Assembly: GCA_965645245.1 (NCBI GenBank)
Contig: OZ287075.1
Span: 1 to 64,000 of the forward strand
Direction: 5' to 3'
Length of the DNA: 64,000 nucleotides
Origin: Massalongia carnosa
Taxonomy: Eukaryota
The notes beneath the pieces are model-generated. The model did not search any database, was not told the DNA's origin, and worked only from the letters and a program-made list of their open reading frames with translations. Of this stretch, positions 47,057-59,753 are shown in pieces; the stretch's first letter is position 1; the number at the start of each line of letters is the position of its first letter. Position numbers and translations under genes: made by a program.

Positions 47057-48703
47057 CTAGGCTTTTCCCGCCTCAGATTCCGCTCCCGAATCTGTTTCTA
47101 CTGTTCTCATGGTGCTCAAATTCTTGTCCCTGTATTGAGGACAAATGGTATCGTTTCCTCGATGTCCTGATCCCCTGCATGCCCAGCATCGGCGTTGACG
47201 GGAGAGGGACTCGCGCTCGTCGTCCTTCAGCTTCTTTGGGTTTGGGTCTGGATCATACCAGGTGCCTACCCAACCGGCCGGTTTGAATATCGTTGGCATC
47301 AGTTTCGCATTCGGCCGATCATCAGATTTCTTGGAGCTGGTTTGATTGATGGAGGATGAGGCGGACTTTCCGCCGGAGGACTGGGTTGAGGATTGTCCGC
47401 TGGAGAAGTTGCTTCGTTGGCTGGAATTCTTCGTTGCGGCTGGTTTATCGGGACGAGGAAAGTGGTGCGCCACATCTTTGCGGCGGTCTTCGATTCTTCG
47501 TGCTTCGTCAAGTAAAGGGCGGAAATCAGTAAAGACTGAACCCATAAGAGAGTTGGAGATGCTAGGCTTTAACGTCACGAGAAACTTCTCAATTCGCTCG
47601 TCAACGGGAGTTTTGGCTTTCTGCCATAGCTTGAAGATTCGGTGATAATACTCGCTGACGCTTTCGCCCCCTTTCATGGTGACGGTGAGGAGTTCTTTCT
47701 TGGCGTCGCGACTCTGGAGGTGAATGCCCATATAGTGCTCTATCTCTTCGAATAAAGCGTCGGCCGATAGTGAGTCTCCCATATCCACTATCCAAGAGCG
47801 CATAGCCCCGAAGATCGGCGCTTCCATTTGAGACAGCGCGTAACCGACCTTTTCGTTCTCATCGGCGTAGAGGGGTGCGTCTGTCTTCAGTTTATTGCGG
47901 ACGGAGTACGCCCAAGGACTATACTCCTCCGAGTCCTCACCTTTAAGTGGCTTGCTAGGGTTTATACCACGGGGTCGCCAATTCTGGGGGTTGGTGTTGG
48001 TGCTTCGGGTAGTAACGGTATCTTCTCGTTGATGACGTGGTGTTTCCCGTGTTTCCGCTAACTGGCGGACCAGGGAGTCTATGTCTTTCTGTAATCTCTC
48101 TTTTGCTATAGTCATTGCCTTTAATTCGATATCTCTATGCGATAGTTCTTCTTGCGCGAGAAGGGCCTCTCGTTCGGCATCGTCTTTTTCCGTGATGAGA
48201 CGTTCATGTACTTGTTTGTAACGTCTGTTGATCTTTTTGACCTCGCCAAGCTTCTCCAGGTCGCCCTGCAAGGAGATGTATTTGTTGAATAGGGTCTTGT
48301 CGTATTCGAGCGCTCTCGCGAGGAAGTCATACCATCGGGGTCCTTCTTTCTCGTCTCGCAAGATGCTCTGCAATTCCTTCAAATTGTGTGCTGCAACGTG
48401 GGACGGATGTTCCGCGGCTTCCTTCTCGTAATATGGATGATCGGAGACATCGATCTTCTGAAAAAACTTCTTTTCTTTTTCACGTCCTGCTCTTGGGGTT
48501 TTTTCCCACGTCCCCTCCGTGGTTTCTTTAATCTGTTCGTTCTGAAGTAATTCGGAGTCTTCAAACGTTCCCGGCATGCTGCTATCCGAGCGAGACGAAT
48601 GATGGGAGACGGAACGAGCACGGGTGTTAAATGCTGGGCCGGTCTGGGCCTCTGCGGGAGGGGCTACGGCCTTTCTCGCCGTCATGGGCGTTTTTGAGCT
48701 CAT
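47057..48703 (-). CDS. gag: Gypsy Gag, intact, 548 aa
   Basis: Coiled coil, retrotransposon-gag domain and zinc knuckle. Confidence 0.92.
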   Translation of the reverse strand: MSSKTPMTARKAVAPPAEAQTGPAFNTRARSVSHHSSRSDSSMPGTFEDSELLQNEQIKETTEGTWEKTPRAGREKEKKFFQKIDVSDHPYYEKEAAEHPSHVAAHNLKELQSILRDEKEGPRWYDFLARALEYDKTLFNKYISLQGDLEKLGEVKKINRRYKQVHERLITEKDDAEREALLAQEELSHRDIELKAMTIAKERLQKDIDSLVRQLAETRETPRHQREDTVTTRSTNTNPQNWRPRGINPSKPLKGEDSEEYSPWAYSVRNKLKTDAPLYADENEKVGYALSQMEAPIFGAMRSWIVDMGDSLSADALFEEIEHYMGIHLQSRDAKKELLTVTMKGGESVSEYYHRIFKLWQKAKTPVDERIEKFLVTLKPSISNSLMGSVFTDFRPLLDEARRIEDRRKDVAHHFPRPDKPAATKNSSQRSNFSSGQSSTQSSGGKSASSSINQTSSKKSDDRPNAKLMPTIFKPAGWVGTWYDPDPNPKKLKDDERESLSRQRRCWACRGSGHRGNDTICPQYRDKNLSTMRTVETDSGAESEAGKA

Positions 48704-48769
48704 GACTGGATTCTGAAAATGGGATAGCTTGATTCCCTGATTCTAAAAGTTCTGGAAGTTCTGGAATTT

Positions 48770-49799
48770 TGTAATACAGATGGCGTTAGAGGGATACGTG
48801 ATCGCCTATGGCGGTTGCGGGATTAACTAGCGTGGACCATGCCGTAGTACGAAGTCGCATAAGCCGTCGAGGCTGACACACTGCCATCTTGCCCCGAAAC
48901 TTCGGAGTTATTGTTATCACGTTCTTGACTACTTACAGATCAAACACCTGTCGAGGCCGTGGTGGTAGATTGCCATGGAGTGTAAGGCGGACTCCTGTGG
49001 AGACGCCAAGGAACTCTATATGGGATCTACTGGCCTACTCGGAGCTACTGGATCTCTGGATGGTTCAAGAGAGGTAGCAGGAGGCACGGCTCGCTGGACG
49101 CAGCTTGAGCTAGGCTCCCCGGTGTAAACTTCAGCTTCAACCTTTATTACTACGTTGGTAGTGATGTCGGCTGAATGAACCTACATGACCTCGTTGTCTA
49201 GACCTTGTGTCTAGAGGCAGGTCCGCAGTGTAGCGAGGTATTCAGTCGGAGGTAACCTTCCATCACTAGGTAGTGGTGACGGCGAAATGAAGCTACATAG
49301 CCTGAGGCATGTAGTGAGGGATCTAGCCGGGGGTAGAATTGTTCTACCTTGCAAGGGAAGATCTAGAAAGCTGCTCGAGGCTGACTAGATGATCCAGCGA
49401 ACGCCGAGTTCGTGGATGGATCCTGAGGGATGGTTGGATGTAATGCGATAAAGTCGGATGTGGATTGCAAGGCTGTAATGCTCGCAAGACTCCCAAGGCT
49501 TGCAAGGCTCCTAAGGTTCCAAGGCTCCCAAGGCTATAGGCTTGGGGTGAGTAGGATAAATATCAGAACGAATCTTGTAGTATTCGTTAGCAATTAGTCT
49601 TTATTCTAGGAACAACCTACGTTTGGGTCTCGGACGAGATCTCTTGGTCTAAGCACTTCCACATCCATTAGTTCTTTGGATCACGTATACTCTCGGAGAC
49701 TAGCACGTAGTAGCTATCTTCCTCCTCTCACGCTGAGCATTTCCCCTTTCGAGATTAGTGTCGCTCGTGATAAGCTTACTGGTCTCGTAGCCCATTACA
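48770..49799. mobile_element. 1030-bp non-coding LTR-like insertion
   Basis: TGTAAT...ATTACA termini; TSD AATTT; empty site visible near 17542. Confidence 0.88.
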
Positions 49800-50128
49800 A
49801 ATTTGGATCGGTTTGGATTCGCACAAACGATCAGTCTGGAAAGTTACTGGAACGGGTTTTCACCCTATCTGGAAGAAAGTTGCTGGAACGGGACCTCGTC
49901 CCTACTGGAAGTTCTGGAAGAAAGAATACTAATAGGTAGATAAATTGTGTAAGGAAGCTGTCTTCGATTCTAATCAACCGCTATTAAACTAAAATTTATC
50001 TACAAAAGAAGAAAAGAAACATTGTGCGCGACTCGCTAGAAATATCTGCACCGAGTGTCGCGCTAGCCTCGCGTGCTCGCGTGCTCCCCCCTTCCATCTC
50101 AGCCTTATGTCAGGCTAGGACCCTGACA

Positions 50129-53100
50129 GTTTTCCCTCTATAAAGTTTGCCTCATTTATTTATCGTTTCTTTTTCCTGATGATTGCTCTATTTCCCTCAC
50201 ATTAAGGGGCGTTCGGCCCGTTTGCGGGAGTTGTAGAGGGTCAAATTATAGATGCCCTCACCTTTTTGGCCCTTCTTTTATCTATGGAGACATTAGGGCT
50301 GATATCTGGTTCAGGTGTTTCTATCGGCGTTTCCAGTTGCATGGCCGTTGATGAGCGAGTTATTTTCTCCTGTACTTCGTCCTGACTAGGTGAGTTATCT
50401 TCTATGGTCAATTGCTCTATACGCTTATTGACTGATAAGTCTAGCCATTCTTCTTCCTCACTATCTATCTCCTGAAATGCGGGGCGTGGTTCAACTACAT
50501 GAAACTCTATAAAGCTCGTTTTTTCAGTCTCCTTTAGCAATAGCTCCTTATTCGACGTATAGGCGCTATAAAGCTCATCTTCGTTGGATATGATGTCTCT
50601 ATAACCGCTGATATCTCCCTTTTCTGGATTCCATATCCTGAAGATATTTGTTGAATCATAGCCAAACAAATAGCCAACAAATGCCCTAGGTTTCAACTTA
50701 TTGCTTTTGGGGGGAGCATCAACCCCTATTAGCAATGGATACGCTTTGCAACCAAACACCTCTAGATAAGCCAGCTCGTATCTGACTGATTGACCCGGAT
50801 TGGTCAGTTTCTGCAATTTAACCAATGGGGAGTCCCATTCCAGAGCTTTATTAGGGGTTCGATTCATCAGATGGGCTGCAGCTAAATAACACTCGGGATA
50901 CAGGTCTTCTGGTATTTTTGCATATTCCCTGATGTATCGAGCTTTTTCTGTTAATAGGGCTCCGAAACGCTCCGAAACGCTATTTTGCTCAGGGGTATTC
51001 TTTGCTGACCATGACCATTCTATGCCTTGCTGACTGATCCATGCTTCTAGGGCTTTTCCTATTGATGTTTCTTGCCCCGTGCGAATCGTGGTTACCATTA
51101 AATTAATGGAAATGCCAGCTCTATCGCATTGATTGATCAAGCTTTTGAAGATGGGCAATAGGGTCTTTTCCTTATGATCATTCAATGGATAAACCCATCC
51201 ATATAAGGTAAACTTGTCCGTAAAATGAGCTATACAGCTCGTTCTATCGAACCCCTTATCATTGATGGTTAGGTCGAAATGAAGCACCTGATATAGCTTG
51301 ATGGCACGCCCTGACGGAGCTTTATTGATGACTCTATGCATTTTGGAGACTGCACACGTTTCGCATCGAATGGTCCTAGGTGCGTTTTCACCCCCTACGC
51401 CTTTTGAAACTGTCACCTCATCGATCTTCTTTAGCTGGTCAATCACCTCTGGCCGGCAATGACCGAGGCGAAGATGTCATTTCCATAGAGTTGCTTTTGA
51501 CGTATCGCGTGGCTGCACAGAGTTAGCAAACCCTATATCTATGGATTCAAGGTTATATTCTATGATTGAGAGCCTATAGTGCTCCTTTATTTCACATATT
51601 TGTTGCCCTGTCTCCTTAACTATAAGGGTATCAGTAAACATATCCCAGAAAAAGGCTCGTTTTTTCAACTTATTGGCCGAAACCAACGTCACTGATGAAT
51701 CAGGAATATAAGCTGTTCCTTCGAATAATAGCTCCCTTTTCTGGCCATTCAATAGGCCATTTACCCTCATTGTGCTATGATCATGGATTTTCATCTCCCC
51801 GTCGGGGGTGTCCACCCACATGTCTGACGAAGTTGGGGTTATCTCTCCTATAAACCGTGATTTATCATAGGTCAGAGGTTATCGAATCCAGAGTCAAAGA
51901 TGACGCTTTTATGCAAGGGTTATATGCCCTAGATATAACGTTCGCAAACGAGAAAGATTGACTAGGCAATTTAATATGATTGCCCTGATTATGTTGATCA
52001 TTCTCTGCTTTTTGGGAGCTCTTTTTGACTGACTCCTCAGTTATTCCATCTAGTATGTTGGTGTCGGTAACCTTCTTAATTGCCATGAAAAACCGAATGT
52101 TTGACTGAATTTTCTGACGTATTTCATTGCATACGGTTTTATCTTCCTTCCTTGCAGGGGGGCGAGCTGATTTGACGATATATAGGCATATACTGAACAG
52201 GTGTATTTTCCCACATGCGTACTTTCTATCCTTGAATCTGGCCTCTTTTGATTGGCCATTCTATTGACTTGATTGGCTAGGCCCCGGACCTTTATTTTCG
52301 TCCTGCATTTGCACCTGCAGTGAGGCTGCATTAGCTTGATTTCTAGACGTTCATTGTGCCTCATTCAGGAATGATTCCATGCTAAACGATATTCCCTGGT
52401 TGTCTCGTAAAATTCAACCGTCGTCTTAGCAGCCCTATGCCGCATTACCCTGTTTTCGCAGAAATTGGGCGCCTATTTCTTCCCTGATCGGAGAAATTCA
52501 TTGATGAATATGGTCTCTGAGCCAAACAGGCCCGTTACATTGAGCTCAACAATTTGTCCCTTAATATTCTCCCAATCAGCTACCCATGCCTCTATTTTAC
52601 CTTTAATGGGCGGGGTTTTTATTGCTAGAAATTGCTCATGCAATTGCTCTATGACTTGGTCATCTGACCGCTTATATCTTGCAGCCAGAATTTTTACTAT
52701 TTCCCTAACCGATGAAGCCATCTTATTGGGGGGGATATATGCTCGTGCGGAGCTCTTTAGTGTATTGTCTACTATTCTGAGTCCTTGGGCGACCTTCTCC
52801 ACCTGTTTTTCCTTCATCTTATAGGCTGATATCTCTATTTTATAGTCCTCCTTTTGCTCAGCCGATAAATCGCCGTATTTCTCAGCCGATTTCGTGGCTT
52901 ACATAACTCCACCTTCTATAATAGGGTAAGCAATTCCACCTGCTGGCTGTGCTTGAATAGGGACTTGATATTGTGAAACATCCGGATATTCTCCCTCTTC
53001 GGGCTCCGGTTTTGAACAATTGGGGTCCACATATTGCAATACCTTCGCTTTCTAGGATATTCCTTGTAATTCCCTAATCCATAGATGATAATTCTTGGGA

Positions 53101-53387
53101 GTTAGGGGGATCATCGTTGCTTTGTTGGTCTCCTCCATTTTGATCGTTTTGTTGGGTCGTTTTGGGAAGAGGGTTTTATTCAACTAGATCAATGAGTAGG
53201 AATTGAAGCTTCTATGCTCTCCGGGCTCATAACTATCAAGCTGTATGGGCTAATGTGGAATATGGGTGAAAAAAAGTAGTTTGTATTGATATATGGGAGG
53301 TCTAGGCTAGCTAACTGAGGGATATCTCATAGGGGTTCGTGGGTCATGTGACCCATTGCGGGTCATGTGACCCCTAATCGCCTGACA
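50129..53387 (-). mobile_element. Copia B copy 2, degenerate: LTR 53234-53387, gag, PR and IN
   Basis: Reverse match to 10786-11571 and 17870-18100; integrase CETC, TPEQNSVSER, VFGCKAY. Confidence 0.9.
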
Positions 53388-54076
53388 CATATAAAGACTA
53401 AACGACAATCTCGGAAGCTGGACTGGAAGAAGCTTGGAAGATTTATCATAAAGAAAGTCGTTAGCAAGTACGTATACGAGTTAGATCTTCCTGCCTCCAT
53501 GAAAGTTCATCCTGTGTTCCATGTCTCTCTCCTAGAACCAGTCTCTCAAAACCCCCACGTCGGTCACATACCCGCTCCTCCCCTCCCGTCGAAGTTGAAG
53601 GTGAAACAGAATAGGAGGTCGAACAAATTCTGGACTCCCGTTTCTTTCGAAGACGATTACAGTACCTGATCAAGTGGACTGGTTGGGAAGCACCCGACTG
53701 GACCGAAGCAAAGGACGTTACCCACTGTACAGACCTTTTGGAAAACTTTTATCGATTGAGGCCTACCAAGGCTGGTGGTCCTCGCGAAACTCGGACCTAA
53801 TAGAGGAGCTAGTGTCATGGAGTGACTGGGCACCTGGACTAAGCCTAATCCGATTCAGTTAGGGCAACTGTAAGTGCCAATAGTGTCATGATAGGGACTC
53901 GGGTAGAAATTGGATCAAAATCCGGATTGGGACTGGTTTCACTCGTCAGTCTTATACACGCCCACGTTTGATTTTCTGTTTCTTTTCTCCTTGTCGAACG
54001 TCTTGTCCACCTAGTTAGACAATCAAGTCATACGTTTGCAACACCTGTATTACCAACTTGACCTCGCACCGTAACA
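53388..54076 (+). mobile_element. Gypsy 3' remnant: IN C-terminus/chromodomain, PPT and LTR 53813-54076
   Basis: KLDWKKLGRF, HPVFHVSLLEP, YLIKW; LTR related to 54763-55108. Confidence 0.82.
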
Positions 54077-54169
54077 TTAAACACATTTGAAATTTCTGAA
54101 ATTTCTGAAAATTAATTATGATTATTAGTAAGCAAAAATTTTATCACTTTAAACTCCATATTTTCGTTC

Positions 54170-55235
54170 GCCGCGCAAGACCAGACAACGGCCTGTATCG
54201 AAATTGTCAAAAGAGTTTCATCACAAATGCATGCAACAAAATAGCCAATAAACTTCGAGGTCGGGCAGGACGCAAGAGGGCCCCTGTCGTCACTCCAGGA
54301 ACGCTGAAATACGCCTGGGCCAAGAGAATGACATCGGAGGCATATAACCCTCCAACACCGACACCAAATCCACCATGGGCCGAATCCCCCCGAATCTCGC
54401 CCGAGAAATAGGGGAGGCACGCGCCGCTCATAACAAAATAACTGCTCAAATAAAAAGACTAAACACATTTACATGACAGGCCTCGTGGAGATCGTATCAG
54501 GAACACACACCCGTTCCCACCCCGAAACAATCAGGTTTACTCTCAAAAAAAGGCATCAAATTGCACGAAACTGTAGCCAATGCGGAGAGCGCGCTAGCCA
54601 TTCAGATACGCTCAGAAAAGAAAGGCCTAGCGGCCTTCCTAAATAGCCACCGAGTCCCAGACGTCTTGTCCCCGAACTGCTCATGTGGCTGGGACAAACA
54701 GACTGCAAAACACATGTGATCATGTTTTGCAAACTCAACGACAACAGAAAAACTCTGCTAAATGTCACGGTGCGAGGTCAGGTAAGAACTCAGGTGGTGT
54801 AAACGTGTATTACTTGATTGTCTAGCTAGGTGGACAAGACGTTCGACAAGGAGAAAAGAAACAGAAAATCCAACGTGGGCGAGTATAAGACTCTGGCGAA
54901 CGGAACTAGTCCCAATCCAGACGTTGATCCAATTTCCCCAACTCCCTAGCATGAAACTATCGCCATGACACTATTGATAGTCGGAACACTTACCTTTGAA
55001 CCGGATTAAGCTTAGTTCCTTTCGGATGGCTAACCGGCTAGTCCTTCGTTCAAGCAGCTAAGGTTGATTCAATGAACTAACTGGCAGGTGCCCAGTCACT
55101 CCATGACACTAAATACGATAGGTACAAACAAATATCGATTAAGCACTGAGTCATCTAAAGCAATGAAACTAGTTACAAAGTGGCTAATGAAGACAGGTTT
55201 GTTGTCACAATATTCCCTGACAGCACAGCATCTTT
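54170..55235 (+). mobile_element. LINE (Tad1-like) ORF2 C-terminal remnant
   Basis: GLAAFL..RVPDVLSPNCSCGWDKQTAKH..MFC zinc knuckle; KWLMKTGLLSQY tail after the LTR. Confidence 0.75.
54763..55108 (-). mobile_element. Solo LTR (346 bp)
   Basis: TGTCAC...ATGACA termini; TSD CTAAA. Confidence 0.9.
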
Positions 55236-55467
55236 ACTGCTAACAGTAGGCATGATTTTTTTCATTTTTCATAATTGTCTTAGGTCAAAGTTTTTTTCAT
55301 GGAGCACACGGCTGGGCCCCGGAGGGTCCTCGGTCGGACACAGGATTGCATGGTTTTTCTTCCTCAAAAGGTTTTCCATGTACTATAAACCTAGATAGAC
55401 TCGCCCGCATGAGCCGGCCTTCGGCCGGTACCACATCGGAATAAGAATCATCATCATCATCATCGTA

Positions 55468-56162
55468 CGCTGCGCAACGGGTTGAGTTTTCGCCACAAAA
55501 TAACTTTTTCGCAACCGGGTTTTTCTCTGAAAACTCAACCCGGACACCTAAAATCAGAGGTTCGCCACAAACTGGTTGGGTTATCAGTAGAGAACCCCGT
55601 GTCAAGGGACTGGATTGGATGGTCAAGCTTTCTAATTGACTGAGTCTATAGCTACAGCTAGGCTAGATTGGCTATTCAAGACGTCGGACAAGGAGCCAGA
55701 ACTTTCGAGACTCGACCCCTTCTTTTATATCTGTTCCTCACTTCCTTACCCCTTTGCTTCCTTGATCTTCGATGTCTCCTATTCATCTCCTTTTGCTAAG
55801 TTAATACGAAGACACCTAATGGGACCGGGTAATTATGGTTTCGAAGATCGGAGGCGGAGCCGTACATGATCTAACCGCATCGAGAAAGGTCGGAACAGCG
55901 CGCACTGACTAATGAAGCTGTGGTAGGTCCAATGAACCCGCGGTAGGTCCAATGAATCCGCGGTAGTTCCAATGAACCTGCGTTAGGTCCAATGAACCTG
56001 CGTTATGTCCAATAAACCTGCGTTAGGTCCAATGAACCCGCGGTAGCTCCAATGAACCTGCGGTACGGTAGGTAGAGACAGGATAGAGGGGGCAACTAGG
56101 GATAAGGCCGAGATCCTTTTGGTTCGAAGCCGTTTCATGACACCCCGACCCGTTGCGCGGCG
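55468..56162. mobile_element. MITE (~147 bp net) with TA TSD, split by a solo LTR
   Basis: TA-CGCTGCGCAACGGGT ... ACCCGTTGCGCGGCG-TA. Confidence 0.75.
55600..56142. mobile_element. Solo LTR (543 bp) with ~8 x 20-bp tandem repeat
   Basis: TG...CA termini; TSD CCCCG; homologous to 59211-59753. Confidence 0.92.
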
Positions 56163-56862
56163 TATATTTTCGTCAAATTTTCATATTTAATTTGCAGAAA
56201 AAACTGACCGGGTTGAACGGACCTGATATTACCCTTCTAGGGCTCATGTCCTCAGGAGCCCGATGTAGAAGTTCTGTATAACTTCATGTCGCAAGTAATT
56301 CTACTATCCAGCACCAGTTCTACCTCCCATTGTTCTTCTCCTTCTACTTCTATAGGTAGAGGCGGTTCAGATATTATGTTCGGGTCATATCTATAAGGTT
56401 CCAATAGGGAAACATGGAACACATGATGAATACACTTCAATAACGGAGAAAAGTTGGAGTTTGTAGGCCCGTTTTCCTATAGGAGAGACAATTTCGTATG
56501 GCACGTAATATTTGTAGTCCAGTTTTTTGGACGGACGAGTTGATTTAATATTTTTTGCGTTCAGGAGGACTTTATCACCCACATTATACGTCTTGGGAAT
56601 ATGTTTCTGATCATAATATTTAGCCTGGGTACTTGAAGCTGTTTGTAATAATTTCTCCAGGTGTTTTCTTTTGTCTATTATTTCAGTGGCCAGGACGCGT
56701 GAAGCAGGAACCTCGGACCCCTTTTCAATCAGAATTTCGTCTCCCCATTTGGGCGCTTCTCCAAATATAGCTTCGAAGACGGTCATTTTTATGACAATAT
56801 GTAAGTTATTATTATAAGCGAATGCCGCCAAGGGTAACCAGTAAGTCCAGTCATCCTGTTGA

Positions 56863-57279
56863 CGTTACGTAGACGCACCCTGAAAATGGCGTTAGCAACC
56901 CAGTAGACCTGGAGGATAGGCTAGAGCTAGGGATACGGCTATAGGTAAGATAGAGGACGTCATGTGACTAGGGGCACGCTAGTCTGGATCAAGACACCAA
57001 GTGACCGCCAAGGCCACTAGGGTGACCACTTGGTCACCAGTGACCATGGCTTGGACACCAGTGACCGCTTAGTCACTAGGAGTCATGCTTAGCGGTGACC
57101 AGTACTGAGACCCCCAGCACCCATCATGTATATATGGAAGCCTATCTTCCCTTAGCTAGATTCCTCGCGGTTAACTCACTAGTAATCCAGAAGGGGATAT
57201 TCCAGATAACTCTAACCCAGTTCATACTTGATTGCCCATGTACCTCTACTGACCATAGAGACGTTGCACTGACGTTACA
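56863..57279. mobile_element. Solo LTR (417 bp)
   Basis: CGTTAC...GTTACA termini; TSD GTTGA; removal restores YVNYQQDDW. Confidence 0.88.
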
Positions 57280-58040
57280 GTTGATAATTAACGTAGCATC
57301 GTAGATATTGTTCCAGTGTCTGATTTTGTCTCTCGGTTTGACCCTTCGTTTGTGGATGAAAGGCTGTACTGTAACTAAGTCGAATTCTCAAATGATAACA
57401 GAAATGTGACAAGTACTTTGAGGTGAATAAACTACCCCTATCCGAGACAATAGATACTGGCATACCGAATTTGGTAAATATTTCTTCCACTAGGACGTCA
57501 GCTATGATTTCAGCATTCCAGTCCTTTCGTGCGGGAATATATCAAGAATATTTGGTATACAGATCCACCATGACAAGAATCGCATCAAAGGCCACGGTTC
57601 GGCGGAGACTCGGGGGCAGATCCGTTATAAAGTCTATCGTCCAATTTTGTCTAGGCCCTTTTGGTACGGGTATGGATTCTATAATCCTAAGGGCTTATGT
57701 CTGGACGATTTGCCTTGATAACAACGAGTACACGTTTCCACATAATTCTTGATGTCCTTGACCATTTCGGGCAAATAATATTCCCTTAGATCTATTCCAA
57801 CGTTCTAGAATAACCAAAGTGGCCCGAATTGGGATTATCATGATTCTGCCGCAAAAGTTCAGCACGTAATAGACCAGGAGGAATATACCATCTATTGTCC
57901 CTGTATAGGATATTATCCTTCATGTGCCATCAGGTTTTCTCTAGGTCTCCTTCGACTTCGCCCCCCGACTCCCGCCCGTCTCGGAGCTGAGCGCCTGACG
58001 AGTCTTCGTTACCCCCCCTCGACGCGTCATGTAGTCGTCC

Positions 58041-58488
58041 TGTTGCGAATTTCCTAAGTTGCCGCATCTTCTTGAGTTCCCGTATAACGATTTTTAGCTA
58101 AGCTCAATTGGGTAATCGCAAAATATTTAACGAGTTTGATTTCTAATGTGACGGGATGAGATTTCAAATCACTCTTTTACAGCATAATAAACCGCGAGAA
58201 GATGAATAAGCTATAGTAGCTATTTTGACATATATGGCGACAATGGCCTCATCAGATTATCAATCCTTTCGGCTTCGTAAATTCGAAATTTGCGAAGTTC
58301 AGTCAGCAAAGCCGAATATGGGTAATATTCTTTAAGTATAATAAGTCGTTGATTTCTCATGTATTTTATCTATTCAGTCGTTATCAGGTAGCTATTCAGT
58401 ATAATAAATATTCAGCTATTCAGCACTTATTCTTGTACCTTTATCGTCCCAGAAAATCTGCCTCTCATTATCCAGGCACGTTTCAACA
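58041..58488. mobile_element. Solo LTR (448 bp)
   Basis: TGTTG...CAACA termini; TSD CGTCC. Confidence 0.88.
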
Positions 58489-58814
58489 CGTCCTATAGAA
58501 TTCCGCCCCTCTTCTATCGACGATGCGATAGAGGGCCGGTTTCTTCTCCACTAGTTGACCATGCTCTTGCAGAAGTTGTAAAACGGTGCGTAGTTCTATT
58601 GGGGCGGCCCCAAACGCCGAAATTTTCTCAGATACATTCAATTTCTCGTGTAACTGAGAGGTATTGGAACTACTTCCTGATTTTTCCCCTTAGTTCTTCC
58701 AAAAACTGCAAGAATTTCAGGAATTTCGACAATTTCAGCCGAATCAATTCCAACTCCTTCAGTGGTTTGTTGGGCCTGCGCAGTACTCCGACAATTTTTG
58801 TCGACAACGGGTGG

Positions 58815-59145
58815 TGTTGAATAGGTCTATGACTATAGTTATATGATTATGTAAAGATAGGGGCCGGTATGACTATGATGTTAAGGATGCAGAGTTGCTA
58901 CGGAGTGCAGAGTTGCTACGGAGTGCAGAGTTGCTACGGAGTGCAGAGTTGCTACGGAGTGCAGAGTTACTACGGAGTGCAGAGTTGCTACGGAGTGCAG
59001 AGCAATCTGTTCCTTTTATGTTGGTCACCTCTACTAAGCGAGATGATAATAGTTATCCAAGCCTCTATGCGATTAGATTAGATCTGATATTATCTAGTTC
59101 TAATCTATCGGCTAGGCAATGCTGGTAGAAGTTGAACATTCAACA
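58815..59145 (-). mobile_element. Solo LTR of copia E with an expanded 18-bp repeat
   Basis: Matches 60246-60483; (TGCAGAGTTGCTACGGAG) x6; no TSD. Confidence 0.9.
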
Positions 59146-59210
59146 ATAGATTTGCGAACTAGTTTTTAAACTTTAGTCGACTCGTTCAAGAAATCTCATT
59201 TATCTTCGTC

Positions 59211-59753
59211 TGTCAGGGGACTGGATTGGATGGTCAAGTTTTCTAATTGACTGAATATATAGCTACAGCTAGGCTAGATTGGCTATTCAAGACGTCGGAC
59301 AAGGAGCCTAAACTTTCGAGACCCGAACCCTTCTTTTATCTCTGTCCTCACCTCCTTACCCCTTTGTTTCCTTGATCTTCGATATCTCCTATTCATCTCC
59401 TTTTCCTAAGATAATACGAAGACACCTAATGGGGACCGGTTAATTATGGTTTCGAAGATTGGAGGCGGAGCCGTACTCGATCTAACCGCATCGAGAATGG
59501 TTGGAATAGCGCGCACTAACCAATGAACCTGTGGTAGGTCTAATGAACCTGCGGTAGGTCCAATGAACCCGCGTTAGGTCCAATGAACCCGCGGTAGTTC
59601 CAATGAACCCGCGGTATTTCCAATGAACCTGCGTTAGGTCTAATAAACCTGCGGTAGCTCCAATAAACCTGCGGTAGGGTAGGTAGGGACAGGATAGAGG
59701 GGGCAACTACGGATAAGGCCGAGATCCTTTTGCTTCGAAGCCGTTTCATTACA
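59211..59753. mobile_element. Solo LTR (543 bp), same family as 55600
   Basis: TG...CA termini; TSD TCGTC. Confidence 0.92.

Larger units (their letters stand above)
46912..50128 (-). mobile_element. Gypsy chromovirus copy 2: 5' LTR 49948-50128, gag and start of pol; truncated by Ngaro #2
   Basis: Near-identical to 15685-17869. Confidence 0.95.
56250..58814 (-). pseudogene. Degenerate gypsy pol (IN and chromodomain) carrying two solo LTRs
   Basis: SDRGSLF, TAFHPQTKGQTER, HVSLLEPY, EEQWEVELVLDSR; many stops and frameshifts. Confidence 0.85.

Noticed and set aside
11572..50128. Both chromovirus copies abut copia B sequence, suggesting targeting
   Set aside because: Only two cases, at different sites and orientations, in a window that is almost all TE
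55911..56066. Regular 20-bp repeats resembling a CRISPR array
   Set aside because: Contiguous tandem units without unique spacers, inside a solo LTR, in a eukaryote with no cas genes
58869..59128. Repetitive ORFs (VQSCYG)n and (LLRSAE)n
   Set aside because: Translation of the 18-bp LTR tandem repeat
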